Shown: positions 1 through 12,660 of the stretch, one piece after another
Numbering within the stretch: position 1 is the stretch's first letter
Layout of the letters: every line of letters begins with the position of its first letter
Assembly: GCA_013265495.1 (NCBI GenBank)
Contig: MU058384.1
Coordinates: forward strand, 6,010,792 to 6,074,791
Source of the DNA: Vicugna vicugna
Taxonomy: Eukaryota
Reading direction: 5' to 3'
Length of the DNA: 64,000 nucleotides
The notes under the pieces: model-generated
Told to the model about the DNA's origin: nothing
The model's input: only the letters and a program-made list of their open reading frames with translations
Databases searched by the model: none
Program-made: the position numbers and the translations under genes

Positions 1-2789
1 GATATCACTGCAAACACCAGTCAGAGCTAATATAGATATTATTTCAGACACTCTTCACTTGAATAATGTTCTTTATCCGGCTACATTTCACTCCATATTA
101 GTAGAAGGTGAATTATGAAGAAACTCTGGGTCAAATATACAAATCTATTTTAGTTCAAAAAAGGTGAGAATGTAACTTGTATACGATCCAATTTCATAGC
201 TGAAAAAGGTCGTTTTATATTGGGTAGGGCCTAGGAATCTTCAATGTGCTTGTATTTTTAAAATCAAATGTAAACCATTAGTATTTGCCAAGATAAAAAA
301 ACTAGAGACTTGTAAGGCCCTGGGCATTTGGACATTATTCTCGCCCTATCTGAGTCATGCTAGTTCTCATGTCCAAGTCTGAAAGGACTTTGAATTACTG
401 ATTTTTTTTCCCATTCTCTTTTCAGACTTTAGTTTAGTCCAAATTGGCTTGAAATCGAACTTGGTGCAGTTGAAAAATTGGCTTAAAAATAAACTCTACA
501 GAGATAAAAAGTATTTTTCACCTTCAATAACTTTTTAAGCATCTGGAATTTCAAGTGCAAGGTTTGGCTTTTTTTTTTAATTTGAATTTTGACTTTGGAC
601 ACCCAGCTTTGGACATGAACATGGATATTTTCCATTTTCTTTCATTGAAAATCCATGATTAAAAGAGAAGGAAAACCCACAATAAATGTTAAAAACGAAT
701 TTTCAATAGAATAAACTGACCTGAATTTTTCATTAAAAAATACTTCCTAAGACAGTTTAAAAGAAGAGAATATTACTCTTAAATAATAAGAAAAAAGACT
801 CATGATGGGTGATTTCAACACATTTAAAGTGTATATGAGGAACTGTCATTTTGAAGAATGGTTTGCCTTGATGGCAAGACCTTTTATTTCAAAGCTGAAA
901 ATCAAATTGTGGCAACAGATATATCATTGAATACTGCCTAAAAAATAAAGGCTATTAATATCTTATTAATACAATTTCACTGCAAAGAACTTTTAAATTT
1001 TTGTTGCTTAAAAGAGAGCAGGGCACTGCAGTTAAGCCATTGGTAATGTTATTCTTGTTATGGTTGTTTTTATTTTCAAAATTATTTTTAAAGTTTTCTA
1101 TTATACTAAAATAACAGAAACTTACTGTTAAAAAGACTAATTCAGAATGAAATAAAGAACAAAATTTCGAGCTCCCATCTCTCATTCATTTCCTGGGAGA
1201 AGCTTATTTACTCATTGGCATGAGCTCCCACGGTTGTTGAATGCAGTTAACGTATAATATAAAAATATGTGAAAATATGACCATTCTCTCATGAAACAGG
1301 AGAGGACGGGACAGTCAGAATAATTAGTTTCTCTCTGTGTAGGCTAGTTGGGCCTCTGTTTGAATGAAATTTGTGAAATTATTTGATTCCTTAATCAGTT
1401 TTTCCCTCCACTGTATTCCACCAAGTTTTATTATTTTCTCTAATGTAGAGAAGCAATTCTGAAAAAAATTTTTGGATGATGCATATTACAGACACATTTG
1501 GGATGAAAAATTTTAGATTGATGCAAACGTTACTAAACTTACAACTTCCACTTGAAGGACTAAGTAAGTTCATATATGGACCAGTAAGTTCTTATTGGAA
1601 TGTTTGTGAATCCAAAATGAATTATATAATAAGTAAAAATATAGTGGTATTAACCTGTAGAGAAAGAAATTCAGGCTGCCCAGAAAACAGGGAAAATAGC
1701 TTAACCAAATTAGTTGTTGGACAAAAGTCAATGTGAAATTTCCAAGGAAAAGCATTTAACTAGTTTTCTCACTGTCCAATTTGTGAGATAGGCAGACCTG
1801 GCATATGCCTCTGGAAAGCACGTCAAAGCTCTTCTAAAAGGTTTCTCAATCTTGGGAAAATGGGGCTTCTATCCACAGTAAGTAAGTCGCTTCACTCCCA
1901 TCGCCTCTGAATTTCTAGTTTCTAGGCTGGACATTTATTAGGCATGATTAAACCATAGAACTCTGTCTACTTAAAGTAATCTGCAAGTAACATGATCTGG
2001 AAGCTCCATGGGAATATAAGTCTTGGTCTCAGATATCAAGGTCTTCTCATGGCTAGCAGCCTGTGGCATTTCCTTCCTAGACTTCTTGCTTGCACGATGA
2101 ATCTCGTTCCTGCTCTAGTACCTCATCCTAGCTTTTCTATTATTTTAGATATTCTTATTCTTATTCCTTACTCTCTGATTTGCTTTTGCCCAATATTCCT
2201 ATTGTTCTCCAGTATCTGTAGCCTTTTGATTCCCATTGCTTTTGTTTATTCATTTTGACCTACGAAGTCCACACATTCCTCAATCCACTGCCATTCCGTT
2301 AGTATTTGGCGCCTGGACTGTGCTTTCTCCCGGGTTTAGCCAGTTCCATACCTGCGACTCTGTACCTTCTTTGTTTTGCCATGGCTATCCTTGCCCTATA
2401 TCTGTCTCCCTCTTTCAATCCTGCTGACAGCCATTAATCACACTGTTATCCATGGTCCATGGTCTCTGTATGAACCATTTAAAAATATGTAGAATATCTG
2501 TATACATCCACATACATGAGTAATGGAACTCATGCAGATATATGTATTTTTCATAAATTCATAAATGTTTGACCATATATTCCTAATACAGTCATTTATT
2601 ACTTTTATTTTTTCCCCTTGGTTCCCTTTTCTCTCTTCCGTCTTCTCCTACGTTAGCCTTAGCTACTAAACCCCTGTCCTTCATGTCCAGAGTAGTCATA
2701 TTAGCAAGTTGGTTTTATCTGTGTTTAATAATTATATGCACACAAAAATATAAAATACACACATACACATACAGAACACCAGGCAGAAG

Positions 2790-2950
2790 CTGCATTGGAT
2801 TTTCTGATTCAGACTTAGAAGTTCCACAACGTCACTTCTTTCATACTCTATTGATTGAAATAGTCATAACGCCACCTACGTAGATGCTACCTCTTGATGG
2901 AAGGAATGTTTAGTCTTTGGAGCCATGGAGTCATGTTTTAAACAACCACT
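2790..2950 (-). mobile_element. Partial MaLR (MLT1H-like) 3' LTR abutting internal sequence
   Basis: 'gtcacttctttcatactctattgattgaaatagtcat...cctcttgatggaagg...aaacaaccac' matches the corresponding end of the LTR at ~4800-4950 and the reverse-complement MLT1 LTR start. Confidence 0.7.
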
Positions 2951-4415
2951 GTTTGTGCTCTGGTCACAAATTATTTTCATTGCTTCTACAGGCAAAATAA
3001 TTCACCTCCTCTCAGGATCAATTCTCCCTCCCCCGCTCATGTTTCATCCCATTACAACATCAAGTTCAGGCTTATTTATAGCCAGCATCTCATTGTCTAA
3101 AGCAGCTCTAGAGAGAGGCATTTCTTGAGATAGAGTTCCTTGGGTTCAGCTCTGTGAAAACCATACTTCTCGATCTGAAGATCTGCAACCTAAAGAAACA
3201 AGTTGTCTTCTCCCACACACTCAATATAAAATGGTGGAATAGACATTGGATAACTACCAGAAACTCTCATGCAGAAAGAGGGAAAACAGAAAGCTTAGCA
3301 GTCATTGATCTATATAGTCTTTCTGAAATAAAGCTGGGTGTATATTGTCAGTTTTCAAATTAGGGATCAATATTGTTCCCTGGGACTAATTCTCCATGAA
3401 TCTGTATTTATCCTCAGAATCTTGCTTCTATCCTGTGATTAAATCTTTTCTTTCCATAAGAAATGGCCCGTGGCTCAGCTGTGTAGCTCTCTCAGTCTAC
3501 TTCCTGCTCGAAGTCTTCTCTCTATTTTGTACTGTTTATGTCCACTTCAGTCCAAGCTGATACAATTCCTTTAAAAATCCTATAAGCTTCCTGTGTACCA
3601 ATTTAAAATCTCCTCCATTAGATAAAAAGTGAGACTCAAATCTCTTCCAGGTAAACCCTTCACTGCCTTGTCTCCCTACAAGGCTGCTATGAGATTAACA
3701 CTCTAATCATTCTTAGAAGCCTTACTGTTAAACAGTGGGGATCACAAAGGATGCCTTAAGAGATTTAGAAGGCCTTATGTTGTTGGAAAACGTCTCTTTG
3801 GCACCATCTGAAATAAATCGGAATGTTTAAAAATTATAGTTACACATTGGCTTTGTATGTGCCAAGAGACCACATTTTTGTTGATTTGACATGTATGCTA
3901 AGACTCTGTTCACTTTGAGAATCTTCTACAAGGAGAGTTTGGAAATAGTTTTATTTTGAAGTCCATCAAACCTTGGCTCCTTTACATTTTCTCTACATAA
4001 TCTTGGAAATGGAAAGATTTCTTCTTTGGCCGATCTTGCTTTATCCATGCCATATGATACATGGCTGAAAAAAACCAGTTGGCATTTTTTTGCATTTGAC
4101 CTGAAGATCTCCTTAGCCAAATCCATTATTTTATGAGGTACATTTCTATTTCCATGTCACTGCAAGCAATAGCTTTGCCAAAAGTTCTCATTGCAGAGCA
4201 AGCACCTCCTTTCCACTAGCTTTCAATGACATTTTTCTTAGTTACCTTTCAGCTCTCACTGACAATTTCTTCAAGGGCCATTGGGCTTTTGATAATAGCT
4301 TCCTCAAAGCCTTTCCAGCTTTTGCTCACCATCCAGTCCCCAGTCCCAAAGGCAATGCATGAGTTTTAGGGCTTCGTTGTGGTTTTCAGTAGTATCCCAC
4401 TTCCAGATAACAAAT
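2951..4415 (-). mobile_element. MaLR internal region (MLT1-int), degenerate
   Basis: Lies between two MLT1 LTR segments. Ends with the typical int/LTR junction 'cccacttccagataacaaattc'. The minus ORF 3926-4126 (LAKEIFRS...) resembles the decayed MaLR internal ORF. Confidence 0.75.
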
Positions 4416-4950
4416 TCTATTTTAGTTATTATAACAAATTACCACTCCCTCCTAAATTTAGCAGCTTAAAAGAGTCTTTTTGTCTTGCTCATGATTTCAT
4501 GCATCAGTAATTCAGAAAGGGCTTGGAGGGGCAATTCGTACTTGGGGTGTCTCATGTAGTTGCTGTCAGATGTCAGCTGGGGATACAGTTGTCTGAAAGC
4601 TTAATTGGGCTGGATGTCCAAGATGCCTCATCCACATGGCTGGCAACTGATGTCACCTATTCACTTATCTGGGGATTCTGACTGAGTCACCTCTATGTGG
4701 TCTTTCCAGCATGGTGGAAAGAGTCAGACTTCCTTCATGCGTATGGCTTCTTCCACAGAGTGTCTCAAGAGGACCAGACAGAAGCTCTGTGGCCTTTTCT
4801 GACTTAGCCCTGAAGGTCACATCACTTACACCTTATTGTATTACCTGAAGCAGTCATGTCTTTCTGGTTTCAAAGGTATGGGACATAGACCCACCTTTGG
4901 ATGAGAGATGCATGTCAAGGAATTTGGGGACCATGTGTTCTCTACCATAC
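4416..4950 (-). mobile_element. MaLR LTR (MLT1H-like), 5' LTR of the element
   Basis: 'ataacaaattaccac...aaatttagcagcttaaaa...ggctggatgtccaagatg...cacatggctggca...tggccttttctgacttagcc' are MLT1 motifs in reverse orientation. Confidence 0.8.
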
Positions 4951-6089
4951 TAGGGTAAACATATCAACAAATTACCTTGACACTCTATTTAGTAATTTGA
5001 CAACAGAGTAAACTGCTCACTTGAACAATGTTGTCACCTGTCCCACATGCCAGGTTGATTACATTATTGCTGCAGCTAATCCACATGCGGTCAGCATAGC
5101 AGTTTTCTTCTAACCATAGGACTGCCGAAAAAAACTGGCTGTAAAATATTAGACTCAACATCTTGGCAAAAGAAAACAGGGCTCTCAACAAGGCATATCT
5201 GGTGACAAAAACAATTTTCAGAACTTTATCTTTCTATTTAGACCTGTGGTTTACCTGACCTTTTCTCTTAGTTTATTGAATAATGGCAAGGAGCACACCT
5301 AGACTGCCAGTTTTTCTTATGTGGTGATGATGGGGTTTCAGGCGGCTCCTGCAGGATAATGTCTGGACTTGGCTAGTAAGTAACAGTTCTGTATGTGTTT
5401 TACAGAGATAAGCAGCTGAATCAGAAGAATGCCGATTTGAGTTTTCCTTGCTGGGAAAATGACTGGGGTCCACTGTAAACAGCTATCTGTGAAGCATATC
5501 AAGACTGTCATTAAATCCAGAGGTGACACTTGAGACGCTTACAGGGGAACTGGTGGCTTTCAACCTGAATGGGAAAAGTTCTTGCAGTTTTGCAACAACT
5601 GTAGTGTACTTTCTCGTGCACAGTGAGATGGTGGTTGGCATCACTGTTGCTTAGATTGGCATAGTGCCTTCACATACAAGGTAGAATTGCAAAACATGGA
5701 GAGTATTAAGTTATTAAGTTAATGTGATATCAGAAAGGAATTCAAAGTGCTGAAAATTATTTCACTTAAGATAAAGATAAAAAGAAATCAGAGTCTCTTC
5801 ATCATGAATCCTCTCAGACTCTTATCTCCATTCAGGTCAGTCCTGTTCTTTCCCGGTGGTCTGGTGACTCCCCCTCCTCTGCTGGCTGGCTCTCCTCCCA
5901 ATCTCTTCACTGGAATACTGGCCCTTCTAATTCTTCTCCATATTGTTGAACTTCCTATAGAGCGCTCCCTTCACCTTCTCAGCTTAAGATTGAAACATTA
6001 ATTTGCTCTGATTACACTCCCTTCCTCCAACCCATCAGGAGGGGAGACTGCACATTACCCCTCTCCTCCAATCCTGAGGTTAAAAGACT

Positions 6090-6750
6090 GAGGCAGACTT
6101 CTCTTAGCTCTCTCCCTTGACCTCTCTGTAATATTGGCATGAATATCTAATTCCTCCTTCTTGAGACTCTCTGTTCTCTTGGCTCCCAATACATTCTTCT
6201 CTTTTATTATACTCTTTCTTTCAAATTTTCTGTATTGATCCCCTTCCTTTTTTTCCTGCTCTCTTGCGGGATTGGTATTCTCCTGGGGTTTTTCTTGTCT
6301 AAAACCATGTCCATAATCTCCAGCTTTCTACATCTCTTCATCCCCTGCTTCCCCAATACTCTTTGTCTGTAGTCCTTAGTTTAGTTAATGGTGTATCTAC
6401 CCACTTGGTCACCACGCTGAAAACCTCAGGGTAAACCTTCACCCCAGGGTTCACTTGGTGACCACATACAGTAGATGCTACCTCTCAAATATCTCTTGAT
6501 TGAACTCCCATCATTCAAAAACTGTCATTGTTTTAGTTCAAACATTATTTTCTCTAATCTGAGTTTAGGATTCTCTTACTTGATTTCACTCCCCGCAGGC
6601 TCTTAACCCACTAACCCATTCTCCCATTCTCCATATGGAAACCATAATGATTTTTCTGGTACAAAAGTAGAAATATTATTTTCTTTTTTTAAAGTCCCTG
6701 TCAGTTCTCTGTTTTCTGCAGGATTCAATCCATTAAGCCTGCTTTTTCTT
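6090..6750 (+). mobile_element. L2 LINE fragment
   Basis: Pyrimidine-rich L2 ORF2-like text such as 'cttgacctctctgtaatattggca...cttcttgagactctctgttctcttggctccc'. Confidence 0.6.
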
Positions 6751-6812
6751 CCTAGCTTAATGCGACAGTTTTACAGTTTTTTAATTGTTTAAAAATTTTG
6801 ACAAAAGAACTA

Positions 6813-7827
6813 TTTTTTTAATTGAAGTATAGTTGATGTACAATATTATGTAAGTTACAGGTGTACAATATAGTGATTCACAAGTCTTAAAGGTTATACT
6901 CCATTTACAGTTACTATAAATTATTGGCTATATTCCCTGTGCTGTACAATATATCTTTGTAGTTTATTTTATACACAATAGTTTGCATTTCTTAATCCCC
7001 AACCACTATATTGCCCCTCCCACTGGTAAGCCCCACCTTGCTCTCTGTATCTGTGAGTCTGCCTCTTTTTTCTTATATTTACTAGTTTGTTGTATTTTTT
7101 TTTAGATTCTACATATAAGTGATGTCATACAGTACTTGTCTTTCTCTGTCTGACTTATTTCACTTAGCATAATACCCTCCAAGTCCTTTGGTGTTACTGC
7201 AAATGGCAAAGCTTCATTATTTTTTATGGTTGAGTAGCATTTCATTGTGTGTGTATATATATGTATGTGTGTATATAGATACCCCACATCTTCTTTATCC
7301 ATTCATCTGTTGATGAATGGGTTGCTTCCATATCTTGGCAATTGTAAATAATGCTGTCATAAACATTGGGGTGCATGTATCTTTTAGAATTAGTGGGTTT
7401 TTTTACCCCCAGATGTAACCCCAGAGTGGAATTGCTGGGTCATATGGTAGTTCTGCTTTTGGTTTTTTGAGAAACCACCATACCATTTTCCACAGTGGTT
7501 TTTTACATTCAAACCAAGAGTATATGAGGGTTCCCTTTTCTGCACATCCTCATCAACATTTGTTATTTGTATTATTTTTGATGATAGCCATTCTGACAGG
7601 TGTGAGGTGATATCTCATTGTGGTTTTGATTTGCATTTCCCTGATGAATAGCAATGTGCCTGTTGGCCATCTGCATTTCCTCTTTGGAAAAATGTCTATT
7701 CAGGTCTTCTGCCCATTTTTAAACTGGGTTTTTGTTGTTGTTGTTGTTGTTGTTGAGTTGTATGAGCTGCTTATATATCTTGGATATTAACCTTTTATTG
7801 GTCATATCGTTTGCAAGTATTTTCTTT
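6813..7827 (-). mobile_element. 5'-truncated L1 (ORF2 C-terminus + 3'UTR + polyA), relatively young
   Basis: T-run followed by 'aattgaagtatagttgatgtacaatattatg'. ORF 7102-7302 (PFAVTPKDLEGIMLSEISQTEKDKYCM) is the typical L1 3'-end translation. Contains 'ctgacaggtgtgaggtgatatctcattgtggttttgatttgcatttccctgatg'. Confidence 0.95.
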
Positions 7828-7999
7828 AAATAGTTCTTTAAAATAGAACATAGCATGTTCTTTCAAACTGCTTATATACAGACTGTATAGTCCCAATATC
7901 TAAAATTTTTCCTTCCTCTGAGAAACATTCCTTTTCAAGCTGTTATTCAAACATTGTCTCCTTAATTGAATTTTTTTGTACCTAGGGAATAGAATGGAA

Positions 8000-8155
8000 T
8001 AAACAATACTTATTGAGTGTTAGGTATTCACCAAAGCATTTTGCCAGGTATTTAAAAATTGTTATCTATTGAATCCTCTCCATAGCTCACGCAGGAATTA
8101 CTGTTACCCCTTTGTAGATGAAGAAACTAGGCCTTAGGAGAAATGGATCACTTCT
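8000..8155 (-). mobile_element. MIR SINE fragment
   Basis: MIR core in reverse orientation: 'cccctttgtagatgaagaaactaggcct'. Confidence 0.7.
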
Positions 8156-8164
8156 TGAAAATAT

Positions 8165-8260
8165 GAGTTTACTCAGGGCAGGGATTGTGTCCATTTAGTT
8201 CCGTGGCCTTCAGCACTGGCCAACAATAGTAAACACAGAATAAATATTTATTGAAGGAAG
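8165..8260 (+). mobile_element. L2 3' end fragment
   Basis: 'agggcagggattgtgtcc...aataaatatttattgaaggaag' is an L2 3' terminus motif. Confidence 0.6.
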
Positions 8261-8326
8261 AAGAATAGAAAGCTATTCTATACAGCATGAGCTACAAAGA
8301 GACAAAATATCTGTAATAGAAGTTCT

Positions 8327-8476
8327 TGGGGCAGGGGAGGGTATAGCTCAGTGGTAGAGTGTGTGTCTAGCATGCACAAGGTCCTGGGTTCAATCTTCAG
8401 TACCTCCATTAAAAATAAATAAATAAATAAACCTAATTACACCCCCCCAAATAAAAGTAAAATATTTTATTAAAAA
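8327..8476 (+). mobile_element. tRNA(Ala)-derived SINE, camelid Vic-like
   Basis: Pol III A box 'tagctcagtgg' and B box 'ggttcaatc'. Tail is (aaat)n + 'cctaattacacccccc' + A-rich. Direct TSD agaagttct at 8318-8326 and 8477-8485. Confidence 0.9.
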
Positions 8477-11139
8477 AGAAGTTCTCAGAATAATGGGGGT
8501 TGTTGTAACATGGTATAGGAAATTGGAGTAGAGGCAGAGGAGAGGAAATGTTTTTTTCCAAAAGGAAATTTAATATTTTGAGCTCCAGGCAGCAACACTT
8601 TAATGTCAATATTCATGGGAATATATGGACATAAGGATTAGAAATGAATTGCTCTGTGCCTACACTAATCTGTGGAATGTGCCATCTGATCGTGTCCCAA
8701 ATGAGAATTAGATAAAAATAAATACAGTAAGACACTCGATCATTCACATTTTTCCAAGCCAATATTATTTTTTAATATATTAAAAACCAAAAGTATATGA
8801 TTTTGGTTTTTGCTTCTTTTGTTTATCTGACCACATTATTCACAACGCAGTCAAACTCTTCAAAGTCTAATATGTAGGCAATTTTTTTCTGATTTACTTC
8901 TGGAAATTAAAAAACTTAAAGGAAGTTGCAAAAAATTTAAAGCTTTTTTTTTTGATTAGGAATGTATTAATGTTGACTTAACTGGTATTTGAGATTTATG
9001 TAATACTGCCCTGTATTAAATGGTAGCATTTACACACTTCCAAGTGGACTGACGTTTTAAAAAATTAGATCATGCAAGTATTAAACCACGTGTGAATGTT
9101 GAAAAGGAAAAAAAAAAAAAAGAAGTGCAAAGTAAACATGAAAGTTGAGGGCAGACCAGTAATATCATCAGGCAGGACATACTCCATATATTTTTTATAG
9201 GATACCTCAAAATAGGTCAAAATCTCCTGGAATTTTAGATTGGGATTTAGAGAACTTTCTAGTCCAAACCCCTGGTTGTCATGTGAGCAAATGAGGTACA
9301 CAAGGGTAAGTGACTCACTCCAGTCAAGGACAAAGCAGCGTTAGGGCCGGTGACTGTCACATAACACATTTCCAAGTCGCTGAATTCCCTTTATTTTCAC
9401 TGTTGGCTATCAAATGAATGAGTGTTTCGTTATCAATAGCGAAGCAAAGCCATCTAGCTGATGACATCAGAGCGCTGGCAGCTGGTGTGGTCTGTTAAGG
9501 AAGGAGGGATTCACTTAAACTGTGTCTCCACCACCTTCCCTCGAGTGGGCCCCTTGAGGTCTAACCCTGCAGAGTTAGAGGCATAAAACGTGATAAATAC
9601 CCTGAAAATATAATTTGAGCCTCTAACATGAGGAGTTACAAGAAACATAACTTAGAAAGAGGCAATTAGGAAGGATGTGCTTATCATAGGTTTTCCCAGA
9701 TTATATATAACCTTGCATTTTAGTATAAAACTGCCAAAGCCAGTAACAGTTTGGTTTATTTTGTGGGGGAGGGGAGGGCGGACATTCAGACACATCAATT
9801 AAGGAAGAAATTCTTGCTTAAGAATTATCTTTATGGCTCGTAATTGTAAACTGTTCTATATTCTCTATTTGCGAAATAAAAATTATTATTCATGGACTAT
9901 TCACTCCTTTTCATGCTCCAGTCTTAAATTTTACTCCGAAGGGGAGAAGGATCTGCTTTAACTCAGAAGGTTTTTGAAGATTTCCAGAACCGGGGTCCTG
10001 CATTTCTCCCACTAGTGCTCATCCAAAGCTCAGGGATCCGGCTCAGGGCTTTTTGAGAGAAAGCCCTTTGATTGTCCTGCACTTGGCCAGCTTCCAGCGT
10101 GGCTGCATGATGATTAAGTGTGCTTTTACCCAAAAAAGTTCAGAAAAGCTTAAATTATTCTTGAAAAACAGAAAGTCTTATCAGACTTTATACACAATTT
10201 AAAGCCCAGATAATGACCAGCTTTTCTTACCTCTAGACAGACACTGCTGCAGAGACCAACCACCAACCGCTCAGAAGAGATAACAGATCTAAATCACAGA
10301 AGTGCACACACAGTACTGATGCCTTTACCAGGTACCGCTGCCCTCCTTTAACTGGTGTCATTTCCGGCCCTCTCCTGTGGCCTTTCCAAATACCCAGATA
10401 TTTATTTGAATTTTCCTTAAACAAAATCCAGGACCTTGTATTTTCCTTATGAAGAGAAGTTAGATAGGGTGCATTTGATTTTGCACTCCACTTTATTCCA
10501 ACCAGCACTAGGATTCTGATAACACCAGGAAAGACTAGTACAATGAAAGAATTAGATAAAGTTCAGGTGCAAAGTAGAGGATTAGGGAAAAGGAAACTAT
10601 TTCAATTTAGAAGATGACAAAACTCAGTTCTTACTTTTCTTTGAAGTATAAAGTACATATTATTTTATGGAGTAAATTATAAGTCGCTCTCTGTTGCACT
10701 ACTTATAATATAAGTTCCCCTATCTTAGGTGATTTTTACAGTAGAGGACTAAAAACCAATTTCTGGTGTTTCTCCAAACTGCCCAATCAGGTCACTTCCT
10801 TGTAGCTTTCTTGACTCTTCCCGGCAACTTGGTCCAATCTTCTTTTTTTTATTAGCATTACACTCTTACTATCAGGACCCCAAATGAGAAGAGAACTTTC
10901 CCCAATTCTGAATGAACACTCAATGTCTTGACTTCCACCAAACTACTCAGTCTAGGGCAAGTAGACAAAACACCTTGGCAGCCCCAAGCCTGATTTTGCT
11001 TGCAACCTGCTTGATCAATACTGGCTAAACTTGAACTGCCCTTGCGGTTTACCCTTGGAGTTGGTAGCTGAACTTCAATTGACTCATTCTGTTATGTACC
11101 AATCCTCTATCCTCCCCCAGTATTGATCCAGAGGCAGTA

Positions 11140-11960
11140 AGATTCATTCAGTCATTCAGTTACTGGTCTAATCTAAACCCTTAGCACCAGCAGCTAAGGA
11201 ATGTAAAATGAATGCAATGAATGTGGTCCTGCTCTTTGGAACTTAAGGTCTATTTGAGAATACAGGTAAGTAAACAGGCAATTACAAATCACTGAATGAT
11301 GGGAGAGAGGAAGAACAATGTATTCCGTAGTCGCCAAGGGAGGATGCTTAATCCAGCTGTGAGTGTCAGTAAAGACCTCCCAGGAAAGGTGTAAGGTGAG
11401 AGCTATAGGATGAGTTAGAGCCCACAGAAACCTGGAGTTAGTGCTTCAGACAGAGAAAACAACATGTGTCAAAGTCTGGAGAAGAGAAAGCCTTATGTAT
11501 CCCAGGAAAGGGAAGTAATTCAACATTAGCAGGCAAGGCGTGTGCACGTTTTGTAGAAGGCAGAGGAGCTGGGAGGCGGGGTGGGAAACAGGAAGTAGAG
11601 GCTGGAGAGGGCTTTGTGAAGCACAAGAATCTTACCTCAAAGGTATTGAGAAGCCCCCCGGAAGAGTGACATAATTGGCTTTGTGTTGTTAAGAGATCAT
11701 GCTGGCTAAAGGAAGGCGAGTGGGCCAGGGGGGCACAGTTAGGAGGCTGCCACATGAGCCCAGGCTAGAGGATGTCCTAGGTCAGTAGCATTGAGGGTGC
11801 AGAGAAGTAAGTGGACAGGAGGGAGGTTTAGGAGGCAGAGTTGATGGACTTGGTGACTGATGGGACGTGGGGAATGAGGGAGTGGAAAGAGGCACGCATG
11901 ACACCTTGGTGTCTGGGTTGAACAACTGGGTGAATGATGATGCCTTTTTCTGAGCTGGAA
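11140..11960 (-). mobile_element. L2 LINE 3' portion
   Basis: Starts 'attcattcagtcattcag' (reverse complement of the L2 tail). Contains 'aagagatcatgctggct' and 'ggacttggtgactgatggga...gtctgggttgaacaactgggtgaatgatgatgcc'. Confidence 0.85.
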
Positions 11961-12099
11961 AAGGAGAAGGATTTGGTTCTCCTAGTTCTCGATGATCAGC
12001 CATAATTTCTTAACCATTCTGCCTCCCGCACCCTCCCCTCCCCACTGCTTCTCACCCTAACTGGTCTTGATTTTTCCCCATTTCCCTATTTGTCTGCAA

Positions 12100-12660
12100 A
12101 CTATGGCCAAGCTCATCTTAAACAGCTCCTGGCTTTGTTTCACTTTAGAGGGGCTTTATTTCCTCAAATGGAAAACCTGGCCTCACCAAGTTCATGCATT
12201 TGCACCTACTTTCTTCTCTGTCAGAAATGTCCTCCACTCTTCATTTTTCAGGCAAACTTTGCCAATCTGTCGAAGCATTGGCAGACAATGAAGGGGAGTC
12301 ATTCCCGGCTCCAATATGCGGACTCTGTGATTCCTTCGTAATAGGACTTTCTGCCCATTGTATGGTCTGTCTCCTTCCTCTTCTGCCAGCCCATCACCTC
12401 ACACAGGATTATTATTAGATTCCTGAAGGCAGCTGTCATTCATATTTCTATTACCGCCAAGAGAGCTCTTGTGATGTGCACACTTACCTTTAGCACTAAC
12501 CTTGTGAAATCTCTTGTTTTGCAGCTAATTTGTTATCTACTTTTTGCTCACATATTTTTTCTTGCTCCAGAGCCAACCATATCTTTTGTGTTTTTGGATC
12601 TGTAGAGTGCCAAGTCCTATGTTTTGTGCTTATTAGGCATTTAGTAAATATCTGAACAAC
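12100..12660 (+). mobile_element. L2 fragments
   Basis: 'catttgcacctactttcttctctgtcagaaatgtcctcc', 'tagattcctgaaggcag' and 'taggcatttagtaaatatctgaac'. Confidence 0.5.

Noticed and set aside
8334..8408. tRNA-Ala-like sequence as a functional tRNA gene
   Set aside because: It has a SINE tail, a TSD and stem-disrupting substitutions, so it is a tRNA-derived SINE.
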